Sequence record: NC_061449.1
Length of the DNA stretch: 64,000 nt
Reading direction: 5' to 3' (one strand)
The translations under genes and the position numbers were made by a program. The notes under the pieces are model-generated. The model had not been told where the DNA came from. It did no database searches and saw only the letters and a program-made list of their open reading frames with translations. Every line of letters starts with the position of its first letter. The first letter of the stretch is position 1. Shown one piece after another: positions 35,810-44,801 of this stretch.

Positions 35810-36811
35810 ATGTTCATGCAATTCGCAATAGCAAATACATTAGGGATTCCAGCAGACGTTCTAGCTTCGGCGAAAGCACGGCTGCTGTTATTCGACGCGT
35901 CTGTAGACCCAAAGCTCGCCGTAAAAGATTGGACACGATATGCCGTTCAATGTAGAGGAGTAATAGCAAGTCTTGTTGGCAGTGTGTATACCACAGGACA
36001 GATTCAAGGTGTGCGTGACAGAAAACATTATCCTGCAACTGGTGGTGCTCTTTCGTCTTCTGCGCAAACAACACCTCTGGCCGCTACTAACTACACAACT
36101 CTGGCAGATCTCGATACGAGTAATTCCAGTCTCGGTATCAAGTACGGAAATCGAATAAGACTACCATCCAGCACAGTCGCACCTCCCACATGGGATAGTG
36201 ATGGTTACGGACTCCCACAAGATCTGATGATCATTTCTTCCAAAGCAGGTGAGTTGAAGGCTGAGGTGAGTGCAAGCGTCAGTTGTTATTTCACCAGAAC
36301 GTTCAAGCCCGATCCGAATCGCACCATAACTCGAACGAACACTATAAATAGCTATTCTGTTCTTCGTGGTATCAAGTTAAATAAGACTGCGGTCAACTTG
36401 AATTTTCGTATAGCTCCCGCAGTGTTGTCACAGTCTAAAGTCGCAGATCTGCCTGCAGGGATCTTTCTTGCCAATAGAGCAATTCAGGGAGTCTACTACG
36501 AAACTGAGTATTACAAAACAAGCTATGCACCTGTAGATAAATTTCAGAATGGTGACGCTGGATATATTCCTCTAGGGACCGTTAGTAAGATTCCAGTTTA
36601 TCTGGACTCAACAGAAGAGGATGAAACCGTGGTGCCGACTTGGGCGGCGCTGCAAGTTGACTCAATTGGAGGCGAATCCATTCTGAGATTCACTGTAGGA
36701 GAAGATGGAGATTTTATTCCTACGTCATCTTGTGTTCCTGGCAAGTACATGAAGCTGGTGGAAAATCCAAATAGGATGCTGCGCATCCGTCAACATCTAC
36801 AGAACCTGTGA
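35810..36811 (+). CDS. virion-fibre-family paralog (related to the 47-58 kb array), isolated cassette
   Basis: KARLLLFDASVDP resembles RQRMFLFADNVEPP / RRRMFLFSDDVEPP of ORFs 57658 and 56595; T/S-rich; bounded by terminators. Confidence 0.55.
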   Translation: MFMQFAIANTLGIPADVLASAKARLLLFDASVDPKLAVKDWTRYAVQCRGVIASLVGSVYTTGQIQGVRDRKHYPATGGALSSSAQTTPLAATNYTTLADLDTSNSSLGIKYGNRIRLPSSTVAPPTWDSDGYGLPQDLMIISSKAGELKAEVSASVSCYFTRTFKPDPNRTITRTNTINSYSVLRGIKLNKTAVNLNFRIAPAVLSQSKVADLPAGIFLANRAIQGVYYETEYYKTSYAPVDKFQNGDAGYIPLGTVSKIPVYLDSTEEDETVVPTWAALQVDSIGGESILRFTVGEDGDFIPTSSCVPGKYMKLVENPNRMLRIRQHLQNL

Positions 36812-36818
36812 AAAATAA

Positions 36819-36843
36819 GGGTGGCTTCGGCCGCCCATTTTTG
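36819..36843 (+). terminator. intrinsic terminator (UUCG loop)
   Basis: GGGTGGC-TTCG-GCCGCCC then ATTTTT. Confidence 0.8.
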
Positions 36844-36853
36844 TATCTGAATA

Positions 36854-36862
36854 CTGTAAATA
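36854..36862 (+). promoter_or_regulatory. CTGTAAATA motif
   Basis: Intergenic, immediately after a terminator, 16 nt before ATG 36879. Confidence 0.7.
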
Positions 36863-36878
36863 TCTGACAGGAGGAAAC

Positions 36879-37220
36879 ATGAAAGATGATCTGCATGGTA
36901 TTCGAGACTTCATCAAAGGTCGCCTAGATGAAGAAACGAAGGACATTGCTATGAGTGATGACATGGTGCTTAGCCGCACTCGTGACATTGCTGGTGGCGT
37001 TGTCCGAGCTATCACTCGCACGGTGCGTAATGACGGTTTCAGCATTACCTGTGACAGCACCAACAACACGCAGGAGATGATTGATAACAATGTTCTGGCT
37101 GTTAACATCGTTGTCAACGATCCGCATTTAATAAATCAATTACTCAGAGGGAACGACAATGCTAAAACGTCTATTAGCCTTGTTCTGCCGCAAGAAGAAG
37201 CCAGTCCAAAAGACTTTTGA
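36879..37220 (+). CDS. hypothetical protein
   Basis: AGGAGG RBS. Confidence 0.6.
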   Translation: MKDDLHGIRDFIKGRLDEETKDIAMSDDMVLSRTRDIAGGVVRAITRTVRNDGFSITCDSTNNTQEMIDNNVLAVNIVVNDPHLINQLLRGNDNAKTSISLVLPQEEASPKDF

Positions 37221-37611
37221 AGAAAAGCTGCACAAACTCGGTGGCTATCAACCTGCCGAGAAGACCAGCGACTATGATCTGACTGCGCGAGTTGATCGTC
37301 ACGGCCGAACGCATTTCGCCAAAGACGAAAAGCCAGTCAAGACTACGCCTATGCCTCCGCGTAAAAACTTCAACGGTCAGACTCGTCGCGGTATGACAGT
37401 CAATCAGGCTTCTTCTAATCGTGCTCAGACAGACGATTTGATGCTCGCTATGATGATGCAGCAAACCTATGTTGCGCCGTCACCCATTCGTTCACACGAC
37501 GATAACTGCCGTGTAGATCACACGCCAAGCTATCGCCATAGTGATCCTGATCCAAGCCCGTCATACGATGGCGGTTCTGATTCTGGCTACAGTGGAGGCG
37601 GTTGTGATTAA
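37159..37611 (+). CDS. hypothetical protein with S/G/D-rich tail
   Basis: GAGGG RBS; ends SYDGGSDSGYSGGGCD. Confidence 0.6.
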   Translation: MLKRLLALFCRKKKPVQKTFEEKLHKLGGYQPAEKTSDYDLTARVDRHGRTHFAKDEKPVKTTPMPPRKNFNGQTRRGMTVNQASSNRAQTDDLMLAMMMQQTYVAPSPIRSHDDNCRVDHTPSYRHSDPDPSPSYDGGSDSGYSGGGCD

Positions 37612-37945
37612 ACGTCTAATGAACTGGATAGGCTTGATGCTTATCTCAGAAAAGAACAAGCGCAAGCTGCGTCAGCACGAAGCAATGATGCGCGCCTGCA
37701 CCGACGTGTATGACTGGTGCGGTGCAGACCTACCGCAGACGGCAGAAGCGGTTGAGTACGTTCGTACACGCGCTCTCGGTTATGAGAACCGATTGAACAT
37801 TCATAACGGTAAAATCATGACGCCGTATGAGTGTCACACAGGTATCAGCGATTGGCGTGATGCTATGCGCCGTAAGTATCTGCATAGCGAAGTGGACTTT
37901 GACGGGCATACGTTCACTGCACCAAAGAACGAATCTGTAAACTAA
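37604..37945 (+). CDS. hypothetical protein
   Basis: GTG after GGAGG. Confidence 0.55.
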   Translation: MIKRLMNWIGLMLISEKNKRKLRQHEAMMRACTDVYDWCGADLPQTAEAVEYVRTRALGYENRLNIHNGKIMTPYECHTGISDWRDAMRRKYLHSEVDFDGHTFTAPKNESVN

Positions 37946-37976
37946 GAACACAATCAACATATACCGAGAATAAACT

Positions 37977-38441
37977 ATGGAACGTAACACTGACGAAAAG
38001 ATTGTGGTACTGGACGCTGATGTGTATCGCACTCTTGTACAATACGCAGAATGCGGTGAACGCGACTGCGGGACTAACTTCTTTGGGAAATCCGTGAAAG
38101 AACTCGAAAAACACGCGCGACATTTCAATTCGCACTTACGTCCTCCGTTTGAGCGTATGCTTGAAAACGAACGTCTGGGTAAAGCAGAGCGTCGTCGCCT
38201 CGTAAAGAAAGCTCGTCGCCTGAGTTCGCAGCGCGAGCCTGTACGTTTCCTTGTTGACCACCAGCACAAGGTCATCTACCCTATCATCATTACCGGCGTG
38301 TCGTCTGATAATCAACTGCGTTTGAAGTATCACGCACTGTCAGATGGATGGGACTCATGCGCTATGGTCGACCGCATCTTCGAAACACCAGAAGAGTTGC
38401 CTCAGTCGTATCGTATGCTCAAGGAAGGGGAAATGGTCTGA
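37977..38441 (+). CDS. hypothetical protein
   Basis: 154-aa ORF. Confidence 0.6.
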   Translation: MERNTDEKIVVLDADVYRTLVQYAECGERDCGTNFFGKSVKELEKHARHFNSHLRPPFERMLENERLGKAERRRLVKKARRLSSQREPVRFLVDHQHKVIYPIIITGVSSDNQLRLKYHALSDGWDSCAMVDRIFETPEELPQSYRMLKEGEMV

Positions 38442-38842
38442 TGAAAGCACTGTCTATTCGCCAACCGTGGGCATGGCTGATTACTCAAGGCCACAAGAAG
38501 ATTGAGAACCGTACGTGGGATACAAAGAAGCGCGGACGTTTTCTCATTCACGCCAGCTCGAAGCGTCCTAGTGACGATGACATGCAGGCTGCTAAAGAGA
38601 TCTGCGATAAGCTGCACATCAAGCTACCGGAGAAGCACGAGTTTGTGCTTGGTGCTATCGTTGGTTACGCTACGTTGTGTGGCACGACAACGAAGTCTGA
38701 CGATCCATTCTTCTTCGGCCCTGTCGGTCTACAACTGAAAGACTGCCGTGCCGTTGAGCCTATCCGCTTCAAGGGCGCTCTCAGTTTCTTCAACACACCG
38801 TACTGTGTCGTAGGCGGTAATGTGATCTTGTCTCCACGATGA
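38441..38842 (+). CDS. ASCH domain protein
   Basis: MKALSIRQPWAWLITQGHKKIENRTW…RGRFLIHAS…GAIVG…KGALSFF. Confidence 0.9.
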   Translation: MKALSIRQPWAWLITQGHKKIENRTWDTKKRGRFLIHASSKRPSDDDMQAAKEICDKLHIKLPEKHEFVLGAIVGYATLCGTTTKSDDPFFFGPVGLQLKDCRAVEPIRFKGALSFFNTPYCVVGGNVILSPR

Positions 38843-39054
38843 GGCCCATACTGGTTGTTCATAGAGGCAAATTGCTGCTTGCTCAACTGGTAAACGAAGA
38901 TCGCAATGACGTGTACTTTGTTCGGCATATAAAAGTGCGGAACGTGAACATGTACGTTACAGGACTCGCACCAGTTGCTACTGTTGTGTTTCTCTATGGC
39001 TACTCGCCTACTGCTGATGACTATGAGGTTGTCAGGCAGATGCGGGGTATGTAA
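38839..39054 (+). CDS. small hypothetical protein
   Basis: ATGA overlap, ends just before a terminator. Confidence 0.5.
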   Translation: MRPILVVHRGKLLLAQLVNEDRNDVYFVRHIKVRNVNMYVTGLAPVATVVFLYGYSPTADDYEVVRQMRGM

Positions 39055-39057
39055 AAC

Positions 39058-39083
39058 AAGGGGTGGCCTCGTGCTACCCTTTT
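39058..39083 (+). terminator. intrinsic terminator
   Basis: AAGGGGTGGC-CTCGT-GCTACCCTT then TT. Confidence 0.65.
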
Positions 39084-39100
39084 CGCGTTTAAGGAGCACC

Positions 39101-39517
39101 ATGTTACCGTTTGCACCTAAGACCCGTGTAGTTAGTATGCGTAATGGCAATAAGGATTACGACGTGCGTATCGACCGTGAGACTAAGTGGGGAAATAAAT
39201 TTTATATGACCCATGAGTCTGTGGCCGAGCGTGATAGGGTATGCGACGAACACGAAATAGATTTGTGGTTAAAGATCTATGACGGTGAGATACGCATAAG
39301 TCATTTGCTTGAACTCTACGGCAAGCGACTGGGCTGCTGGTGTAGCCCGAAGCGCTGTCACGGTGACGCATTAGCAAGAGCAGCAGAATGGGCGTACAAT
39401 GCAAACTGTAAATGGGAGCGTATAAAAGCCACTTACAGGAAACGCCGTCGTGCAGCAGCCAAAGCCAATCGTCAAAAAGACAGGAAGAAAGTTTCTCGCC
39501 GCAAGTCCATCTCTTAA
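39101..39517 (+). CDS. DUF4326 family protein
   Basis: VRIDRETKWGNKF…LYGKRLGCWCSPKRCHGDAL. Confidence 0.85.
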   Translation: MLPFAPKTRVVSMRNGNKDYDVRIDRETKWGNKFYMTHESVAERDRVCDEHEIDLWLKIYDGEIRISHLLELYGKRLGCWCSPKRCHGDALARAAEWAYNANCKWERIKATYRKRRRAAAKANRQKDRKKVSRRKSIS

Positions 39518-40016
39518 AGCAGTCAATTGGGAAGTGTATGTGAGTCCGTTTAGCGGTACTGCTTACGGGCAGTTCGCTGTAGCGTGGGGAGATTCCTACG
39601 TTGTGATTCACACGCTCGACGCAACTGATGCGCTCCGTGATACCTGTGATCAACTCTATCTGGACAAGTTAGACAAGATCATTATCAGCCTTAGCACATT
39701 CATGGATCTATTGGGTACCACAAATATCGGCCATAGTCGTGAGTGGTTGAACCCTATTGAAACTGGAGCCACAGGGAGCGTGGCATTCTGCTATTCAGTC
39801 ACTCCTACAGAAGCCACCATATATTTCGAACTCGCATCTTGTACGGAGAAGATCCGCTTCTACCCTGCACCTACAGGTCGCAGCAGGCTACGCAACCTCA
39901 AGACCTATCTTGGTCGTCTGCACAAAGAGCTGGTGGTACATAGACAGGCCATGTCTGAAACTATGAGCGTAGTTAACGAAACAAGGGCTATGTTGAAATC
40001 TGTAAATAAAGCATAG
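39450..40016 (+). CDS. hypothetical protein (start uncertain)
   Basis: Long ORF filling the gap. Confidence 0.55.
   Translation: MQQPKPIVKKTGRKFLAASPSLKAVNWEVYVSPFSGTAYGQFAVAWGDSYVVIHTLDATDALRDTCDQLYLDKLDKIIISLSTFMDLLGTTNIGHSREWLNPIETGATGSVAFCYSVTPTEATIYFELASCTEKIRFYPAPTGRSRLRNLKTYLGRLHKELVVHRQAMSETMSVVNETRAMLKSVNKA
40000..40008 (+). promoter_or_regulatory. CTGTAAATA motif
   Basis: 37 nt upstream of ATG 40046. Confidence 0.55.
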
Positions 40017-40045
40017 AATCACTATACCTAGAATAAGGACCTATT

Positions 40046-40372
40046 ATGGCAATGACAGAATTGCAGTTTGCTCTTTCCATGTTTGCTCAGAAATGTACTG
40101 AGGCAGCATTGCTGGCCACAGAGGCGCAGCAGTTTGGTATGGAACACAAAGACGGTGGCGGCAAGACAGTCGAGGAACGTCTGTACAGCAACATGCGTGA
40201 TATTGATGCGGCTCGCTATCTGCTCGAAGAAAAGACGCGCGGGTTTGAGTACGTTCCTGATCTTATTCGTTCTTTGGACCGTACCGACGAATTGAGAGCG
40301 CTCATGGAACAGGCCAAAGATAGCGGCCATGTTATGCGTGAAGACGAAGACGACGAAGACGAGGATGAATAA
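40046..40372 (+). CDS. hypothetical protein, acidic tail
   Basis: AAGGA RBS. Confidence 0.6.
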   Translation: MAMTELQFALSMFAQKCTEAALLATEAQQFGMEHKDGGGKTVEERLYSNMRDIDAARYLLEEKTRGFEYVPDLIRSLDRTDELRALMEQAKDSGHVMREDEDDEDEDE

Positions 40373-40887
40373 TGAGCTATTCATTTGTTGTTGAGTGGAA
40401 CATCCGCTTAAAGCCTGATACGCCGAAAGAAGTTATCAGCATGTTGAAAGCGTGGCACAAGCACCCACACCGCTTCGACGAGTTTTTGCATCTCGGCGTT
40501 GACGTTAGTGCTGCGCTGGGGTGCCGTGATAGTGAAGGCTTCGCAGGTGTTGTGCCTGAGCGCAACTTCATTCACGGTAGTGGTGTGGTATCTTATATTC
40601 GCACCTGCGCTAACTTCTCTCGTCGCTCTCAGGGGACAGACCGTCTGTTAGGATTCATCAACTGGCTTGAGCCCTACATCGACCATCGCGACGACGTGAT
40701 TGGTATCATGCGCGGCGAAGACGACCTGTATGATATTCACGATGATCGCGTGAACATGTGGTCTGACGAACCTCATGTTCCTACTAAAACTTATTACGAA
40801 ATTCGCGTCGTTAACAACCATGCTCAAATCAAATACGCGCGTGGTGATCTCTACAACCTCTATCCGTGGGTACAACATGCTTACTAA
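40372..40887 (+). CDS. hypothetical protein
   Basis: Coupled ORF. Confidence 0.6.
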   Translation: MSYSFVVEWNIRLKPDTPKEVISMLKAWHKHPHRFDEFLHLGVDVSAALGCRDSEGFAGVVPERNFIHGSGVVSYIRTCANFSRRSQGTDRLLGFINWLEPYIDHRDDVIGIMRGEDDLYDIHDDRVNMWSDEPHVPTKTYYEIRVVNNHAQIKYARGDLYNLYPWVQHAY

Positions 40888-41551
40888 TATCGCTCGCCTC
40901 GTCGCTACACAAGCACACACAGGTCAGGTACGCAAGTACACTAACGAACCCTACATCAATCATCCGCTGCGTGTTGCACAGTGGTTGTCGCAGTTTCACG
41001 TAGGTGAACTGATTGAAGCCGCTGCTATCTGCCACGATGTTATCGAAGACACAGGCGTTGGCCACAGTGCTCTCGAAATGACTGTCGGCACACAGGTTGC
41101 TGATCTGGTTCTCGAAGTAACCAACAACGAATACCCTGAAGGTACGCCTCGTATCGAGAAGTTTTGGGGCAACATCATTAAGTTGCTGAACGCCAGTCAT
41201 CAGGCGCAGACGCTCAAGTGCGGTGACTGCTATGACAACTGCAAAGACGTGTACGAGCTGGACCCGTCGTATGCTGCGCGTTACATCGCAGAGAAGTTCT
41301 TCATGATTCGTTTGTTCACTCGCGCTCAGGGTGACGTGCGTTCGGCCGTGCTGCAACTGCTGTCTGATATCTTCAACAAAATGTCCGACGGGCATCGCAT
41401 CTACTGTCTGGAGTATATGCAGCGTCTGGAACGTGAATGCCCAGACAGCCTGTTGATCCATTTCCACAATGCGCTGGCCGAAGCACAGAACTACAACGGC
41501 TACACGCTGCGTATCGGAGATTCATATGGAACTGAAACTGCCTCCGTTTAA
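40877..41551 (+). CDS. HD-domain hydrolase, RelA/SpoT-hydrolase (small alarmone hydrolase, Mesh1-like)
   Basis: AHTGQVRKYTNEPYINHP, AICHDVIEDT, VLEVT, KCGDCYDN. Confidence 0.85.
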   Translation: MLTNIARLVATQAHTGQVRKYTNEPYINHPLRVAQWLSQFHVGELIEAAAICHDVIEDTGVGHSALEMTVGTQVADLVLEVTNNEYPEGTPRIEKFWGNIIKLLNASHQAQTLKCGDCYDNCKDVYELDPSYAARYIAEKFFMIRLFTRAQGDVRSAVLQLLSDIFNKMSDGHRIYCLEYMQRLERECPDSLLIHFHNALAEAQNYNGYTLRIGDSYGTETASV

Positions 41552-41888
41552 AACGCGTGACACCCGCGTCGAGCACATGGCCATTCAAGACAAACAAGCC
41601 ACTGCTATTATGCGAGTCAATGAGACTCGCTGGTGGGGCTTCAAGAAGCGTGAGTTGTGTATTGTTATCAACTGCCGTAAGATAACACGCAAAGAACCTG
41701 AATGGGCATCGTATGTTAAATGGGAAGACGGTTACATGGTCGCTCCTGTTTGCAGCGATAGCGATGTGCTTGAGGTGGCGAACCGTACGCTGCGGGATAT
41801 GCGCAATCTGCACTTCAAAGACTTTGGCCAGTTGCTGGCCTATCGGTTGTCTATTCACATAAGGAAGAATCATGGCAGAACAGTTTGA
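41526..41888 (+). CDS. hypothetical protein
   Basis: ATG after GGAG. Confidence 0.55.
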   Translation: MELKLPPFKTRDTRVEHMAIQDKQATAIMRVNETRWWGFKKRELCIVINCRKITRKEPEWASYVKWEDGYMVAPVCSDSDVLEVANRTLRDMRNLHFKDFGQLLAYRLSIHIRKNHGRTV

Positions 41889-42519
41889 GTTGACGGCCAA
41901 AGATGTTGAAGCGTATTGGCGAGGTCGTGCGTACATTGAAGCTGCTCGTTTGGCTCATGATGCGCACGATGACAAGACTGCTAATACCATGACGTATCAG
42001 GCGATTGAGCCTTATCTCGAACAAGGCCGTGCTGCTATTGCTGACGAACAAGCGGCGCATACAGGTGATGATTTGCCTGACGCAGTGTTTGAAGAAGGGC
42101 AGACGCTTGAAGCACGTTTCGTTGTGCTGCTCGCTCTGATGCTGGACAGTGATCGACACGAAGTTGGCGGGAAAACGATTCTTTCTATGGCGCATCTGTC
42201 TGCGGCCGCGCGTGATAAGAAGATCGTGCTGGTGCTTAATGGCCACAACACTGCGCTTGCTCGAAGCCTTGCGCTTGAGTCAGGTTACGAAGTGCGTGAT
42301 TCTGGTTTGATTGAAGCTGCTCGCGCTATGAACGATAAGCTAATCAGACGCACCGAGATGACGGGTTTCTTCGAACTCGATACACCTCGTGTACGCAAAG
42401 AGCCTGACCCTAATCTGAAAGCCGTTCGTCAGAAGCATAATCGTGTAGGCAGACATTCAGGCCACCAGCGTTTCAGCGCGAAGCCTGCTCGTCAGAACTT
42501 CAAAGGCCGAGGCCGATGA
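41872..42519 (+). CDS. hypothetical protein with basic C-tail
   Basis: AAGGA RBS, 215 aa. Confidence 0.6.
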   Translation: MAEQFELTAKDVEAYWRGRAYIEAARLAHDAHDDKTANTMTYQAIEPYLEQGRAAIADEQAAHTGDDLPDAVFEEGQTLEARFVVLLALMLDSDRHEVGGKTILSMAHLSAAARDKKIVLVLNGHNTALARSLALESGYEVRDSGLIEAARAMNDKLIRRTEMTGFFELDTPRVRKEPDPNLKAVRQKHNRVGRHSGHQRFSAKPARQNFKGRGR

Positions 42520-42896
42520 TTCACGAAATGTATGCGATTGAATACGCGAACAATATTCCTACTCGTATTCACGTATTTAAGGCGGAAGCAGACTCGCAGC
42601 AATCTGATTACCGTGCGCTAGTCAGCATGGGCGCTTTCGATAGGCGTATGGGTTTGATTTGTGCTCGCGATCTTACGGCCAAACGCTTCTGGCTGAAACG
42701 CAAGTTTGAGTGGGAACAACTGGTGGAGAGCGACCGACGTATGATGCGTCTACGTCATTCTCCTATTTGGATTAATCTTCCAAAGCAGATACACGAAGAC
42801 CTATGGTCGTTCTATCGTGCAGTCGGCTGGGATTACAAGCAGAAGAAATTCGTTGACCAAAAATCCACTATCTCTGCCACAGCAGCATCCGCTTGA
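42516..42896 (+). CDS. hypothetical protein
   Basis: ATGA overlap. Confidence 0.55.
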   Translation: MIHEMYAIEYANNIPTRIHVFKAEADSQQSDYRALVSMGAFDRRMGLICARDLTAKRFWLKRKFEWEQLVESDRRMMRLRHSPIWINLPKQIHEDLWSFYRAVGWDYKQKKFVDQKSTISATAASA

Positions 42897-43009
42897 TGTG
42901 GTATCGACGCGCACGGGAGTCTTTCTCGATGTGCTTAATAATGAAAAGACGCCAGCAGGTGAATGTATCAGTAGTGTTGTAGATGCTGTCCTTGCTCAGG
43001 GGAGTGACA

Positions 43010-43363
43010 ATGTTGAAAGATTGGTTGATAACAACGGAGACAGTCGTACACACGCTGACTGTTGATCTCAAAGAGGGTACAGCAGTTGGTGTTGTCGAAA
43101 CTATCTACTACGGTCCTAAACGCTTAGGCAAGCGCCTCATCCACAGCACAAGCATAGCCTGCATGTGTCACGATATTTATCGTCGTCATTTGACGTGGAC
43201 AGAAGCAAATAGCATGTCTGACTTGCTTCCTAAGTACAACACAGCGAAGTCATTGAGTCGTAGACTGCGCACTGAACTTAACAAACTCGTTGCAGAAGGT
43301 AAAGTACATGGCGAGTCCATTAGCGGAAATCAACATCGGCAGCCCGTTGCCGGACAGCAGTGA
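43010..43363 (+). CDS. hypothetical protein
   Basis: ATG after GGGAG. Confidence 0.5.
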   Translation: MLKDWLITTETVVHTLTVDLKEGTAVGVVETIYYGPKRLGKRLIHSTSIACMCHDIYRRHLTWTEANSMSDLLPKYNTAKSLSRRLRTELNKLVAEGKVHGESISGNQHRQPVAGQQ

Positions 43364-44036
43364 CCTGATCTTCAAACAGATTCTTGATGGTAGCATTGAG
43401 ATTCTGGACAGCACACTCGACTTGCACAAGCAAAGCAATGTGCTGCTACGTAACACCAAAGAGTTGGGTATTGATATACTCAACGGTACTTGGACCTATA
43501 CGCCTAAGTATACGTATGAGAACAGACATCCTCTGGCATATACGTTCGGTCACATGATGGCTGATCCAAATAGCACGTATCAGGAACTGGCCAAAGAGCT
43601 TACGTCCAAAGCGGAGCAAGACTTGTTCTATGGTCCGTTGCGTAAGCTCCGTGCGTTCTTGATTAACCATGACACAGCTACAGGTAAAACTAATCTGCGT
43701 CTGCCTGATGCGTGGGAAGTTCGCATTGACGACAATCTGAATATGCGTGACTTCATGGGTATCGTCGAAGGCTATGTCGCCACGCAGATGCGTCAGGAAA
43801 TCTCTGCGCTTGTGTATGAGCGATACTATGCGTCAGGTGATACTGCTAAAGACGCCAAAGCCCGTCTACTGGTCAGCAACGGTAAAGTGAACATGGTAGA
43901 CCCTGAGCGCAACTACACCGTCTGCGCTGCTACCTTGTTTGATATGACGCCTGTGTTCAAGTTCATCTCTCGTCCGTGGGATCACGGTCTGACGCAAGAG
44001 CATTTGCGCGCCTATCGCAAGTTAGTAAATCTGTAA
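43308..44036 (+). CDS. hypothetical protein
   Basis: Long ORF. Confidence 0.6.
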   Translation: MASPLAEINIGSPLPDSSDLIFKQILDGSIEILDSTLDLHKQSNVLLRNTKELGIDILNGTWTYTPKYTYENRHPLAYTFGHMMADPNSTYQELAKELTSKAEQDLFYGPLRKLRAFLINHDTATGKTNLRLPDAWEVRIDDNLNMRDFMGIVEGYVATQMRQEISALVYERYYASGDTAKDAKARLLVSNGKVNMVDPERNYTVCAATLFDMTPVFKFISRPWDHGLTQEHLRAYRKLVNL

Positions 44037-44039
44037 ATA
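44031..44039 (+). promoter_or_regulatory. CTGTAAATA motif
   Basis: 54 nt upstream of ATG 44094. Confidence 0.6.
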
Positions 44040-44093
44040 CTAACTGCTAAAGTTATCTGTCTAAACTAACTATCATCAAAAGAGGAACAAAGC

Positions 44094-44801
44094 ATGGCTT
44101 CTAAAGAACGTGGCGGTGTTGTGGACAATTCAAGCAAATCAGCAAAAGCTGGTGGTGCTGGTAAACGTGTCACTGCGCCTGTATATAACGGTACTCAAAC
44201 TTCTGCGCACGTAGCTTCTGCTGCATCTACCGCAAGTAGTCCAGTGGCGGGCGGCCTGTCGCTTGCTGCACAACTCTACAGCCGGGCTGATAGCCTGCGC
44301 TATGCCACATCCACTCTGGCCGATACGTTGCAGCGTCTGGGTCTGTACGAACCTGCTCCTGCTAAAGGCGAGGATCTGGCATCAGGCGCGCACGATAACG
44401 TGCTGCGTGTGCTCAACGAAGACCTGAACAGTGCAATGCGTTTCGCCAATAACGTTCTGTTTGAGTCTGTTCACGGTAGCGACGAAGAGGAAATCAGCGA
44501 AGACTGCGAACAAGAGAAAGAAGTTCAAGGTGCTATTCACAAAACGCAATTCGGGCGCAGCGTTTACGGTGACGCACAGACAGCTATCGCTCGTCTGCTG
44601 AGTATTCAGAGCATGGCTAACCGCATCAATCTGTCTCTGGTCGGCGTTGAAGGTCCTGTTGATTGTCGCGCTTCTCAGGTAGTTGACAGCGTTCACAACT
44701 GCCTGTGCAATCTGGCGGATCACATCGACGATACCGTCACGACGCTGCATCGCGTTAACTCTGACCTGTCCATCAACCTGCTGGGAGCTATTTCAGAATG
44801 A
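44094..44801 (+). CDS. hypothetical helical protein
   Basis: GAGG RBS; low-complexity N-terminus. Confidence 0.65.
   Translation: MASKERGGVVDNSSKSAKAGGAGKRVTAPVYNGTQTSAHVASAASTASSPVAGGLSLAAQLYSRADSLRYATSTLADTLQRLGLYEPAPAKGEDLASGAHDNVLRVLNEDLNSAMRFANNVLFESVHGSDEEEISEDCEQEKEVQGAIHKTQFGRSVYGDAQTAIARLLSIQSMANRINLSLVGVEGPVDCRASQVVDSVHNCLCNLADHIDDTVTTLHRVNSDLSINLLGAISE

Noticed and set aside
42817-43065. Track ORF 42817..43065 as a real gene
   Set aside because: It overlaps two better-supported ORFs, has no RBS and no recognisable motif
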